64,000 bases of DNA from Phoronis australis (Eukaryota > Animalia > Phoronida). The stretch covers positions 338,516 through 402,515 of the forward strand of contig NMRA01000334.1 of assembly GCA_002633005.1 (NCBI GenBank). The letters run 5' to 3'. The notes beneath the pieces are model-generated. The model saw only the letters and a program-made list of their open reading frames with translations, was not told the DNA's origin and made no database searches. The position numbers and the translations under genes were made by a program. Positions 13,079-24,100 of this stretch are shown here, in pieces (position 1 is the stretch's first letter; every line of letters begins with the position of its first letter).

Positions 13079-13409
13079 TGTTAAATTTCTATGCTGGTTT
13101 CGGACCAAAGATAAAGAGCGATACGATTGTGTCTAAGGCATATATATTGAGACTACATGAAACATCAACCGGAACAGGAAGTAGGTGAAAGAGCATGCCT
13201 AGCTTGCGTTCAGTAGACGTTAGGACCTACACTAAGACCTAGCTAAAACCTAGTCAAAGTCACGTGTACTCGTTTAAAATGCACGACAATATCTCACGTA
13301 ATCTCGCGAAGTCTTGCTTTTTAGCGAGCCCTGGCGTTACTGAACGGGAGGCTAATTTACTAAGACACTGGTAGCGACATCTTGAGTTACTACTGACCAT
13401 AATGTAACA
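13079..13409 (-). repeat. 5' LTR of copy 2, interrupted by a MITE
   Basis: 13079-13199 plus 13355-13409 align to the 3' LTR at 10084-10254. Confidence 0.93.
13200..13354 (+). mobile_element. MITE family A, copy 2 (inside the 5' LTR)
   Basis: TA-gcttgcgttcagta...tactgaacgggaggc-TA; absent from the 3' LTR; probable TA duplication. Confidence 0.92.
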
Positions 13410-15234
13410 ATTACACTTTGTGCAATCAGTTCTTAACAAATTTGTTGTAGGCCTATTTGAAATAGTCTTCAATTACCCAAAAGACCAGATTTTTTGTGTT
13501 GGCATTAATGACGCGATTGCTTTGGAAATCATCTTAAGTTAAGGTTTGACAAAGAGATAATTATGAGTTTCTGAGTAATTCACTGAGGCTTCGATTAAAA
13601 TTCACATTTTACCAGCAGCTTCTGTTTCTTCATCGTCACTCAGATTCCATTTTCTTTACAAATGAAGTAATTTTCTTCATTGCACAGTGAAGCAGACCAC
13701 GGAAGCGGAGTCGTAGTGCGTAGCGCCACTGCCGGCTGTCTGGGATATTGCGGGAGAGCTTATACTTAGCCATAGTTCTGTTACGATTGCGCCGTGTTCC
13801 GAATTAGACACTTGAAGTTGGATCTGAGCCTTCCCCCCCTACACACTAAAACTGCACACTCTTAAATCTTGTTTCAGCCATATAATGTTAATTACCGGGG
13901 TTAGTTAATAAACTCAACATTTTCCTACGCTCTTGCTGTTTTATTTTTGCGGCAGCCAAAGGAGGGGGGTGGGGGGAGCGGGCCACCTGCCTCCCCCTAA
14001 ATCCGCCTATGAACCATAAATGCCAAAATGGAGTTAATCAGTCNGTGGGGCATGGCCCCCTTGCCCCCTCCCCCCAAATCCGACAGTGCTTCTGAGCTGC
14101 TTTTACCAGGTTCAAAGTGAGCGCGGCGTCGGAGTCAGGTACAGTTGTGATGACCGCATTGCTCGATGCGAGCAAGACCTAATTAAGTGTAGTTACCCGA
14201 CCATAAATTGTATTAAACATCTCTGACTACATAATGGCGAATTTTCAAAATGCATTAACCACTAATTTTCGTTAAAAACAACACCGCGGCGGTATTCAGC
14301 TGGAAAAAAACAACCAAGCACGGTTTTCGACTTTTAAAAATCGATGAACTAATAACTAAAAAGTACAACCATTGGGTGCGATTGAAGATAAACTACCGCG
14401 CGTATTGATATACTCGGTGGATATACAAACGCTGATCATTGTTAACAATATCACATGGTTTCCGTAATATTCTTTCAATCTCGTTTAACCATGTTTTTGA
14501 CCAGGAAACAGTTGTATTTAACTTGTGTCCACTTTTCATTTTTTATTACTAACAAACACCTAGAATAGTTAATGTATATAGTCAGTGCAACCGAAATTGT
14601 CCAGAGATTCCAAATCAGTTTGGTTATCACCATATTTGCAAACAAGTTAGCATAGGAAACATATCGCTGTTTTGGGAAGTGGCCCTTTGTGAAAGTAAAC
14701 ACAAATTAACCTTTTTAGTCATTTTGTAATATTTATAATCTACCCAGTAAAACCTACTCTCCAAAGTTGCATGCTGTAACTCTGCTAATGTCAGAGAAAA
14801 CCAAATTGGGGGTACTAACAACAACCATTGTTGAGACAGTAATGCTAGCTATTAGATCTACGTTTACACTTCATTAGCTCAGACCTACATCAATACAAAG
14901 GGCGTGCTGAATAGGCATCGTAAAAGTTATCTAGGGCGACGGGAATCTGAGCGGTGACAAATGTAAGCGAGTAATTCTCCACATGTATGGCGGCCACAGA
15001 GTCGGCTCTGTAGTGGCCGGGTGCGGCCGCCTGCCGAGTGCTCGATATCAGTGTCAAAAACCAGGTAGCAGATGTCGAGGAGTGACCGTCGGGTTCCCAA
15101 ATCATATATTCTATTAAGAGTTGTTTACCATCTGGACAACTGAAAACAAACTTGAAATTTCGTTTTCTGAATTCTAGTGAGATGATACACCGCCCTTTCT
15201 GTGATCGAGTGCTCAAGGCCGGACACACGGTTTA

Positions 15235-16018
15235 AGGAGAATGCTACGTACCAAAAACAAGGTACATGTATCTTGTATCAATTTAGATCCAGTAGTTCCA
15301 CTCGATAACACCCAGCTCGATCAGTTCGTTCACCTGACAGGTAGACGGCAGACGGAGGTCGTGCTGAAATCAAGTTAAGCACGATCGTCAAAGGTTCTAA
15401 CACAGTCTGCCCAGCACTGAGTTCACAAGGCGCTTACTGGTGTCAGCTTATCGCTAGAATTCACCGTCAGTTACTTTTATAGCATCAATAGCCGGACGGG
15501 TAACGCCGCTGTACGATTTATTCATTGTTGATTTAACCAAGCATTTGAGCTCACGAACTCTCCTAAGGTTTTACAAATTGTATTTACTGAGACGGACTTT
15601 GACACTTTGTTTCAGTTTTATAAAAACACTGGTTAAAGTGAAAATAATTCATTTTGAAACAGAGCAATTCCGGCCACAGACACGTGGAAATTTCACGACC
15701 CTCCTACTTTGGTATTAACGTTCGTTCTTTACTACATCGGAACACTTGCGAAGCATTTTGGGTTCTCAAGGAAACCGAAAAAAACGGCATACACGCTTTC
15801 ATCGCATCTTTAGGGTTCGAACAAAGGGAAGGTTACGCTACACTCTAGCGCCAAACACTCAGAGTGAAGAACCACTGATGTTGCTGGGTCGTGTACTCGC
15901 CTTCCTCACAGGTTAACGCGACACCTCTCGGCGAGGTGAGATCTAGTATACGAGGTGATGTGGATATAGACAGATTAAGACGGAAATAAAAAATAAGTAA
16001 ATCTGGTGGCATTCTCCT
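15235..16018 (-). mobile_element. Decayed non-autonomous Kolobok-type element with THAP remnant
   Basis: TIRs AGGAGAATGCTAC / GTGGCATTCTCCT with decayed TTAA flanks (ttta/ttca); 15670-15970 is the reverse-complement homologue of 26950-27270. Confidence 0.85.
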
Positions 16019-17074
16019 TTCATCCCATCGATGTCGTCTGCTGGGGAGAAGTATCGTCTTACAATTACGGTGGCAAAGAGCGGACGTAACACTAGCGTAA
16101 TCGTTATGTCCAGTGGGAGATCAGGTTGCAAGTCACGTGAGTTCCGAAAAAGTTGTCCTCCCTTCGCATAATTACGAAAGCATGTTTCACGAATTGTCAT
16201 GCGCTAATTAATAATTACTTGCCTAAACTTTTTTCAGCAATTGCAAAGAGGTAGCGCAAGAAAAAAATTCTGTCTGAAGGCTTTTGAAAATCACTTTCCT
16301 GTGAAACAGACGCTTGATCTGCTTTTCACACCCAACGGTGACCCAACGCGATTTCAATTTTTATGTAACTAAGCTCCGCAGAGAAGTCTCTTGAAATACT
16401 TTTAAGATTTAATTAATATAAAAACGCTACATGTACTTGTTTATCTGCTGAGACAACAAAACACGATAATTGGTGCATTGGATTACTCTGACCTTGATGA
16501 GAGGAAATCGATTGCTGTAACAGGGTTTTGTGTGTCACTGTTACTTCCGTGATAGTTGCATTTCACCCTATAGCTGGCTAAAAGAAAAAAAAGCTCACGT
16601 GGATTTTTACTCGGTTGAAGGCTCTCTCGATATGATTCCATTTCAGCTAGCAAAATTGCCTGGTACTAAAACTGGTAACGGAAATGGAATCGTAACGCCA
16701 TAAGGTACGCTGTTCAACGAGATCGATTTTATGAGAGTAAACGGTCTAATTCGATTTTCGTCTTTTAGTCGGCTAATCAGGGCGAGACCTAGCTTTCGTC
16801 ACAAACAAAATCTCCTTACGCTTGGGTATCAAAATGTACCGTAGACAAGACGAAATTTCTGGAGAATGAAAAGAACTATTGGTTTTCTTCACCTTCAGAC
16901 CAGCATGCTGGCTTCACACTGGATCAGTCTTTTTATGCAGTTACGAACCGTATAGTTTCCAAACTCAGAAATCACTTCCCATCTGCCTTAGAAACACAAT
17001 GAGGTCACTGCGTAAAAGTTTATATTTCGTGGAAGTAGACGGCCAATAGAACTTTTCTAGTCTACTTTCAATTG

Positions 17075-17465
17075 GATCACGTGACCATGTCGTTTTAGTA
17101 AAATTTAGCAGAAAGAAGGTTGATGGAGACCAGCACAGCGGAATCAATGACATGATCAAGTTTAGTATTATTTCAAACAAAGGGCGAGATCCCGAAAACT
17201 TTGTTACAATTTTTTAAGACACCATTTCGCAAACTGTTTTTAACGGAAGTCGTAAAAGTGGTGTATTTGATAGCCCCTCTTGTAAAGGGACGATATTAAA
17301 ACGTCAGTTTCTAACATCTGTTTGGAGGATAGTTCATTAAGCATAGAAACTGAAAGTTACATACATGTATGAATCCGATCAGCCATTTCTGAGGTATGAT
17401 ATCTAATTCAGAGTTGGCCAATTTTCTAGAATTAATCCTACATAACCTTGATTAGGACAAGCCAC
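17075..17465 (+). repeat. Diverged interspersed repeat, copy 1 (partner of 57066-57500)
   Basis: Shared colinear blocks tttgatagcc.ctc.tg.aaa, atgaatccgatcagccattt.tga and ttttctag; boundaries approximate. Confidence 0.65.
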
Positions 17466-17639
17466 CTTACAACTAGATAATATTTTGTAACTGTAAATCT
17501 TTATCCATAATGAGAGAGAAATTAAATCTGGTCAACTAGACTACAGCACTTATTGAAAATCATTAAGCCCGCGAAAGCTTCTCTCTCCCCGTTTGAGGAT
17601 TTTGTTTCTCTCTGACTGTTAATTAACTCATTAGACGGT

Positions 17640-18165
17640 AACGTTGAGGATGAAGAATGATGGAAAGGGAAGACCGGATGATGAAAAACAAGACAATAGT
17701 GACGACAATGACAAATGGGACAATGGCGTAATTGATAATGGACCCTATGCAATGCCAGTGAATATTTGGTACGGGAATGTTGAAGAAGATTTTGGCTGAT
17801 AATAACAATAAAGGATCATTGATCATCATGCTCAACGCCCTAAAAACCACCACCATCACCACCACCACCACCATCATCAATGTCGTCGTCATCTTCGTTA
17901 TCACCGATATCGTCATGGAGGATATGGCATTGGTAGTAAAAGGAGATGTAATGGTGATGCTGATGGTGATGATGATGATGATGATGATGTTTGATGTTGA
18001 TGGCGGTGACGACAGCAGGTTATGGTGGTTAGGATGATGGTGAAGATGACGGTTTGGGCGATAACGATGACGATGATGAAGCTCATGGCTATGATGGTAA
18101 TTGTGGTGATGAAGACAATGATGTTGTGTGGAAGCGAGGCATTTTTAGCAATAAACCTGATCATG
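17640..18165. repeat. Degenerate (ATG/GTG/CAC/CAT)n trinucleotide low-complexity tract
   Basis: Runs of gatgatgat, caccaccac and gacgat. Confidence 0.9.
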
Positions 18166-20865
18166 ATAATTCTTCAATGATATTCAACATCTACTCTTAT
18201 ATTGCTTCACTTCCAGAAATATGAATTCCTTCCGCCCTCTGTCGACAAACCGTCTTACTCTACTGTATGGATTTGTTTGTATGCCAGGCGCTTTCATGTT
18301 TATTAACTTTTCTCATTGAATAAGCCCTCGAACATATGCGACGGCCGTGTTGACATAAACGAGTGGAGGTTAAACACGTTTAAGTTATTTGACATTCTGA
18401 TGAAGTGGGTGGAACGCTGGGCTGATGGGATTGCGTTTGCTATCGGCAAATTTACCGAGGCTTTAATATTCGTAAATTGATAACCAGGGGTCGTTAAAGG
18501 ATCTAAGACTGTATGTGGATGGTGAAGCATGGAATTTATTTTAAACGCTGGTTGGAAAGTCAGACTACTTTTAAAGGAGTGTTTTACGAGTGCAAGAACG
18601 GTCGTGGGGTAGCCAGTGACGTCATAAGAATGATGAGGGTTCAGGAAAATGATGCACTTGTCAATTCCATCTTTGACTAACGAATTGTCATTGTTTCGTG
18701 TCCAAAAGTAGTCAGGAATGTTTATAGGATGCAAATTCAAAGATTATGTTGAAGTTCAAATATGACAGTTTGTAAGGAATAACAAACTGGTTTTAGATAA
18801 AGCATTTATTTTCCTTGCCAATCCTTCCATACCCTCGGGGTCAGAGGTCAGGCATATTCAGGTCCTCAATTTTCAGTGGTAAAAACAAAGTAGAGGGTGC
18901 CGAAGATGGAGTTAAGGTATTGAATGTGGGACGATTCAAAATATTTCATGGGACAATATAATGTATTACAATCTACATGTATTGTGTCCAATTGCCATAG
19001 GTAAAAATTTAGCTTACCTCGTAGAACATCTTTTTATGGTTACAAACCCTTACAATAGATTGTTATACATACACAAGAAATCCGTACCGTCATTGAATGA
19101 CCGTGACGATGAATGTTGAACAAGCGTGAAAAACAGCATCGATAACAAGACCAGCAGAAAAAATCTTTTCTAGCTAGAAACCATTGAAAGAAAACAAACA
19201 GGCACAGTGTCTACAAACATCACTATTCAATAACTTGATCCATAAATGTGTATTGAATGCGTTTAGTAGTGTCGATCAGCAGCTCACGGTTTTTAGGTTA
19301 ATACTGACAGGGATTCCTGGCGTCAATTGAAGCTCCGGCGGATTTCAGGTCAGACGACGCTGACGATCACCCTGTTGGTCAAATGCCGTAATTGTCGATT
19401 GCTGTGAAGTTTCTCATCAAACCTAAGGTAAGATTTTTGGTACTGGCATGTTTGTATAGGGCCTTGTTTATACCTAATACAGCAGGCAATTTTTATAAAT
19501 TGTTAGGTTGGTAGACAAAGTGTGGCGGCTGAGAGATATTAGACGACTGCGTATTCAACGTAATCAACCGACGGTACACTGCTAGTGGACTTATAGTTAC
19601 TCCTTAAGAAAAAATAGCGCGTTCTCTGCGCTCGAGCTATGCGAGAGCAGTTGCGGATCTTGCGGTTGGGTTCTGAAGGGATTACACCCCTTTTAACAGC
19701 CATTTTGATATGGAGTACCGGAAAATGCCCCTTGTGTGCGTTCATCAAAAATCTTTTGGCCACAATCCTGGATCCGCGCTAGGATGAATGATACTACATG
19801 TACCTTGCTCAATGTTCAAAAAATTGAAATCAATCTAATGAACGCTTTCGAACAGTTGACGTTGGTTAGAAATTGATTTTAGTCAGTGCACACATTATTG
19901 GTAATATAATATGTAAACATCATTTTTGAGCGTAGAGTGTGTTGTCGAAAACTAACGGTGTTAGGGGAGGAGCTATATAGCCAATGAAGTCCAAAGGATA
20001 CATATCTCTCAGAAACTGATTTTTCAACACACGAATTTCAAAGCTTCGATACAATGTAACTGTTCTGTTGTATGATCTTTGTAAAATATCCACGTCCCAA
20101 GTCTTGGGGCGCTATAACCTTTTAGTTTGCAAGTCACGCAAGTGACTTAATGTCGTTACTGCTGTACATGTGCGCCGGAGCTATTTCTGTAAAGCTTCAT
20201 TATATTTTCGGAATTGTTCGTTCCCACACGAATGCACGTAAATGCAGTAAAATCGTGGATACTCAAACATTCACACAAAGATTGCAAAAAAATTCAGTAA
20301 TTTAGTCAAAGCGCCCATTGATACTTCAGTTATTAAAATGTTGCTATTTTATTGCTTTTTATTTGCGCTGATATGGTCGCGACGTTTTTATGCCGGCGTA
20401 ACAGACAACCGAATCGTAACTGTGCAACTGAAAACCGGTCTTAGAAAAGTGCAAATCGCTCCCTAAACTGATAGTGACTGAGGAATACGGTCCTTACAAC
20501 GAATGAGCGAGCAGTGAAACCGAGGCAACTCGACTGTAGTTTGTTACTAAAGCGCCGCCGTTTGGAGAATTAGCAAAATTTTAAGGTTTGAATAACGCCT
20601 CTACGAAGTCACTCTTTCGTAAATGTTTTCTCCTCAACCTACTTGATACACATTCTGTAAGGATAATTGAAACATAAAAGTGTTTATTAATTGAGTAAAA
20701 ATTTGATAAACAACAGTGGATTGTATTTTTTTACCACACCGAACTTAAATAACACCGCTGCATGAATTCAAAACTAATTGAACCTTTTGCTTATTTGCTA
20801 ACCCATTCATGGAATTAATTTGTACATTATGTAACTAGTAAAGTGTACTTCTAAATTGAGAATCT

Positions 20866-21167
20866 GTCCGTGAAAACACGTGACTCATCTTCACGTCCTG
20901 TGTAGCTATGGGCAGAGGAAAGGACACAAAATGTTTAATAGAAAAGTCAAAACTAATTCTTAAAAATCAAACCTAATTCCTAAAAATTGTTCCTGTTTGG
21001 AAAATCAATCCTAATTCGTAAAATCAAACATAATTCTCAAAAATCCAACCTGTTTGGAAAATCAAACTTGTTGATGGAAATGGGAATTAGCTAAGTGCGC
21101 GGAAAGGGCAAAAGTTGTAAACATTAAAAGCAACCCTAATTCGTGAAGATAAATCCTTTTCACGACC
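20866..21167. mobile_element. MITE with an internal ~19-bp minisatellite
   Basis: Imperfect TIRs gtccgtgaaaa...atcttcacg / cgtgaagat...ttttcacgacc; about 7 head-to-tail units of AAAATCAAACCTAATTCY at 20943-21075. Confidence 0.6.
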
Positions 21168-24100
21168 CATGCAGTGTATGCACAGTGTGGCTAAGTACGC
21201 CTGTGTTCCCAGGAGCAGTTGATACATGTACTGTAGCTATGCATGTCTTATGCTGTGAGCTAGACCTTGACTGGCCGATGGAATTCCTGTGTTTTTCCTG
21301 TAACACTGAACTGAATAGTCAACAAACTGAAAAGTTTGACAGTTGCACACCAGTCACGAATTAATCTAAAAAATGGACAGACCAATCAATAAGCTTATGT
21401 CGCGGAATGGAGTGTATCAAACTGTGACTGAAGGCCAGAACAAATGGACGGAGAACACTTGTATCAGTCTCACGTGAGAGAATACCACTAGTGGATTGTG
21501 TAATTACCACATAACATTCGAATATCATTCTACAGAATACATGTAGGTGTTGTATTGCATTGTATTTAATTATTATAGTGACAAGTGCAATTAATTCAAA
21601 AAGTTGCAGGTATAACATTCGTACAAAAAAAGTACCCAACCCAGTTAGGCTTAATACTTGTCACTTTAACCGCACAACTCAGAGCTACCATAAATCCGAC
21701 GGCTTGTAAGCACATGTACTGGAAGTCTGTCTGCCTTGTGCTGAATTTTGTTTGAAATATTTAACACAAACTGCAAGTTTCTGTTAGTGGGTAGTGTTTT
21801 TGTGGAAAACATTTCCTGATCACATGTATTTCCAATGAATTGGTTTCGTTCAACTTGTAAAAAATTTCTCTATACCATGTTTATGATTTGTTTAGTCTTC
21901 CCTTTTCGTCAACCCAACTGGCTGGTGGTCACTGGTGTTCGGGATGATCGCTTTCCCACAGTCCTGTATCATTCGGAGCAAGTTGATGTTTCCGGTGCCC
22001 AAACTTATCGCCGAAACACCTCGGATATTTTTGTAGCATCACATTTCCTTCCTGAGTTGAACGTTGTCTACATGTATGCATGTGCAGATTTCAGTGATAC
22101 GGGAATTCAAGCGACGTTCAAATTGGGGATTGACTGTCTTATACACATGTCCAGAAGACGTTCATCTACGGGGCAAAATTTAAGGCTTCAAAAATGCCTG
22201 AGGTGTCTTGTATGAGTCCTTCATGTCTTTCGCTATTTACATTCGTACAATTGGTCAGATGTGACGCTGCCCAGGTTTGAAAACGTTGGCGATCCCAAGA
22301 AGAAGCGGGTCGCTTTCGACATTCTTTTTACTTGCCAAACATGCCAAAATGATCTGCTTTGGCTTCATGTGAATCGATTTCTATCGTGTTACGAAAAGAT
22401 TTGAAACATGCTGTCTGCTACTGAGAAACCTTGTTTATAATTTACATTTTACGCGAAGGAAATCTCCTTTGAAGAAATACACCTTAAAATTAATTGATCT
22501 ATAACGATAAATATATCAGAAGTTCTACAGTATCTCTGTGGAAAATTGCAGGGTACACCGCTCAGGTTGCACATGTAGGATAGGCTTCTTTCTGCAGACC
22601 GATTTTTCTGAATGGCTTTTAAAGCTGTACTTCGTCTTTAGGTGGTTAAAACTGAAATCGACGTAGCGCTTTTACTCTCATAATTTTGATCACAAAATAC
22701 TCGTTGGCGTTATAGGATTCCACATGTATTTGCGTTACCAACAAAAACGACGAAACCATCAGCGACAGAAGAAAACGTTTCAAAGTTTATTGCTGTTGAT
22801 CAACTTAAATTATCGCATTCGAAAACGACAGGAGGCTGGTGTAAAAAAATTCCCATAGAAAATTAAATGATGCCTGCGGGCTATCTACCCCCACGCATGG
22901 AACCAGCGAGATCATGATACAGATTATACGAGAGCAAAAGACCGAATTCAATTTTCGTGTTTAGGCAGTTAAAGAAGGCGAAATGCAAATTTAATGTAAA
23001 TGAAAACCTTTGTTGCTAAAATAACTACAATGTTCTTTATCCACCCTTTTAAATAGTAAAAAGACAACGACTGCTTTGTGGCTTTTGGCCAAAACTGTGT
23101 CGACATTGCCAAAGAACCCGCGTGATAGGCCTACCACACAATCAGTGTTGATAGTGAGGCGGTTAGGTGTCTATGGAGGAATGTTGATGCCTGACTTTGG
23201 TAAACAATCCAACCAAATTACCACTGCTTGCGAACCGCATTAGGATCTAGCTTGTTTGTGAGCGTTGCCGGTTAACAGCTTACAAATTTTGCATTTTTCC
23301 GCAAATGCACAAGGCATGATGTGTGTTGTTTATCGTTAGCAAAACAAAAAGTAACAATTATAATAACTGTCATGTTCATATGTTTTACAAATACGCGACT
23401 TCAAACTAGAGTTATTTTGTTGATGGAGGATTACTGAGAGATCAGTCAACACCGGCCACTTTGCAGATTTCCCTCTCATGAGTAGCCGTGGTTACATCAC
23501 CGAACCTTAATTACTAGTTCAATATTCAAAAATGTTTGAATCTCGAACATACGTACTCGAGATACATTGTACGAACACCACTGAACATTGGTCGTATGAC
23601 AAAAATGTTTATTACTTGGTTTGTTTTGTTTTGTCGTAGTTTCACGAATATATCTGCCTCTTCAGTTATAGTACATGATTTTTTTCGGGCGAAACTTGAG
23701 AATCTTGTCAAAGTATTCTAAAGGAAAATAAATGCCAACGCAGTATAGCCAATCGCACTGACTTGCGTGAAGACACGTTTATGAAGTTTTCGACAACTTT
23801 GTGAACAGATCTGGTGGGATAGCCACCCCTGCCAAGAGAGCGAAATCACGGCCGTTTAAGGGGATCTGTTATTTGAACATAATAGTCGTTCCTCTTTGTT
23901 CTCAACTTTTAATTTGATTCTCTTACGATGTACAATGGCGAGTCCGGAATGTCGAAGAGAAATGTAGCGTGCCTAAAATACGGCGTGCTGACGGGGCAGG
24001 CCGGAGATCGGGTCCCCTGACCCACCCTAAGACTGCGTGTCGTGATAGAACATGTGCAATACCTAGGTCATGAGCTACGACATTCTTGGTTATAAAATTT

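Larger units (their letters stand above)
10084..13409 (-). mobile_element. Internally deleted Ty3/Gypsy Mag-clade LTR retrotransposon, copy 2, with both LTRs
   Basis: Two LTRs with TG...CA termini; 5-bp TSD ATTAC at 10079-10083 and 13410-13414; PBS, gag with twin CCHC knuckles, protease DTG, RT IADD and RNase H. Confidence 0.97.
9701..14011. mobile_element. Non-autonomous hAT-like element with 5-bp TSD (hAT5-like), host of Gypsy copy 2
   Basis: TIRs CAGTGGCGGATCTAGG / CCTAAATCCGCCTATG; TSD AACCA at 9696-9700 and 14012-14016; about 980 bp once the Gypsy element is removed. Confidence 0.85.
8810..14043. mobile_element. ~920-bp foldback/palindromic MITE split by a 4.3-kb insertion
   Basis: Left arm 8810-~9270 is the reverse complement of ~9278-9700 plus 14012-14043 (gactgattaactccaatctggcctttatggtt vs aaccataaatgccaaaatggagttaatcagtc). 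Confidence 0.9.

Noticed and set aside
6181-13409. A single inverted-LTR (DIRS-like) element or assembly duplication
   Set aside because: Copy 2 has its own direct LTRs and TSD, the integrase is DDE-type rather than a tyrosine recombinase, and the copies differ by many substitutions and indels.
14045-14088. Extra hAT-like right end after the N
   Set aside because: Orphan end adjacent to an assembly gap; its partner and extent cannot be determined.
17623-18164. ORFs rich in M/V/T/I/S runs
   Set aside because: By-products of the trinucleotide tract; no domain or splice support.
18303-18740. 145-aa minus-strand ORF, and an LRLYVDGE (LamG-like) snippet on the plus strand
   Set aside because: Non-ATG start and no recognisable domain; the snippet is bounded by stops on both sides.
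20943-21075. Short repeat array considered as CRISPR-like
   Set aside because: Head-to-tail units without unique spacers, no cas genes, eukaryotic context.
21835-22215. 126-aa ORF
   Set aside because: No recognisable motif and no convincing exon structure.
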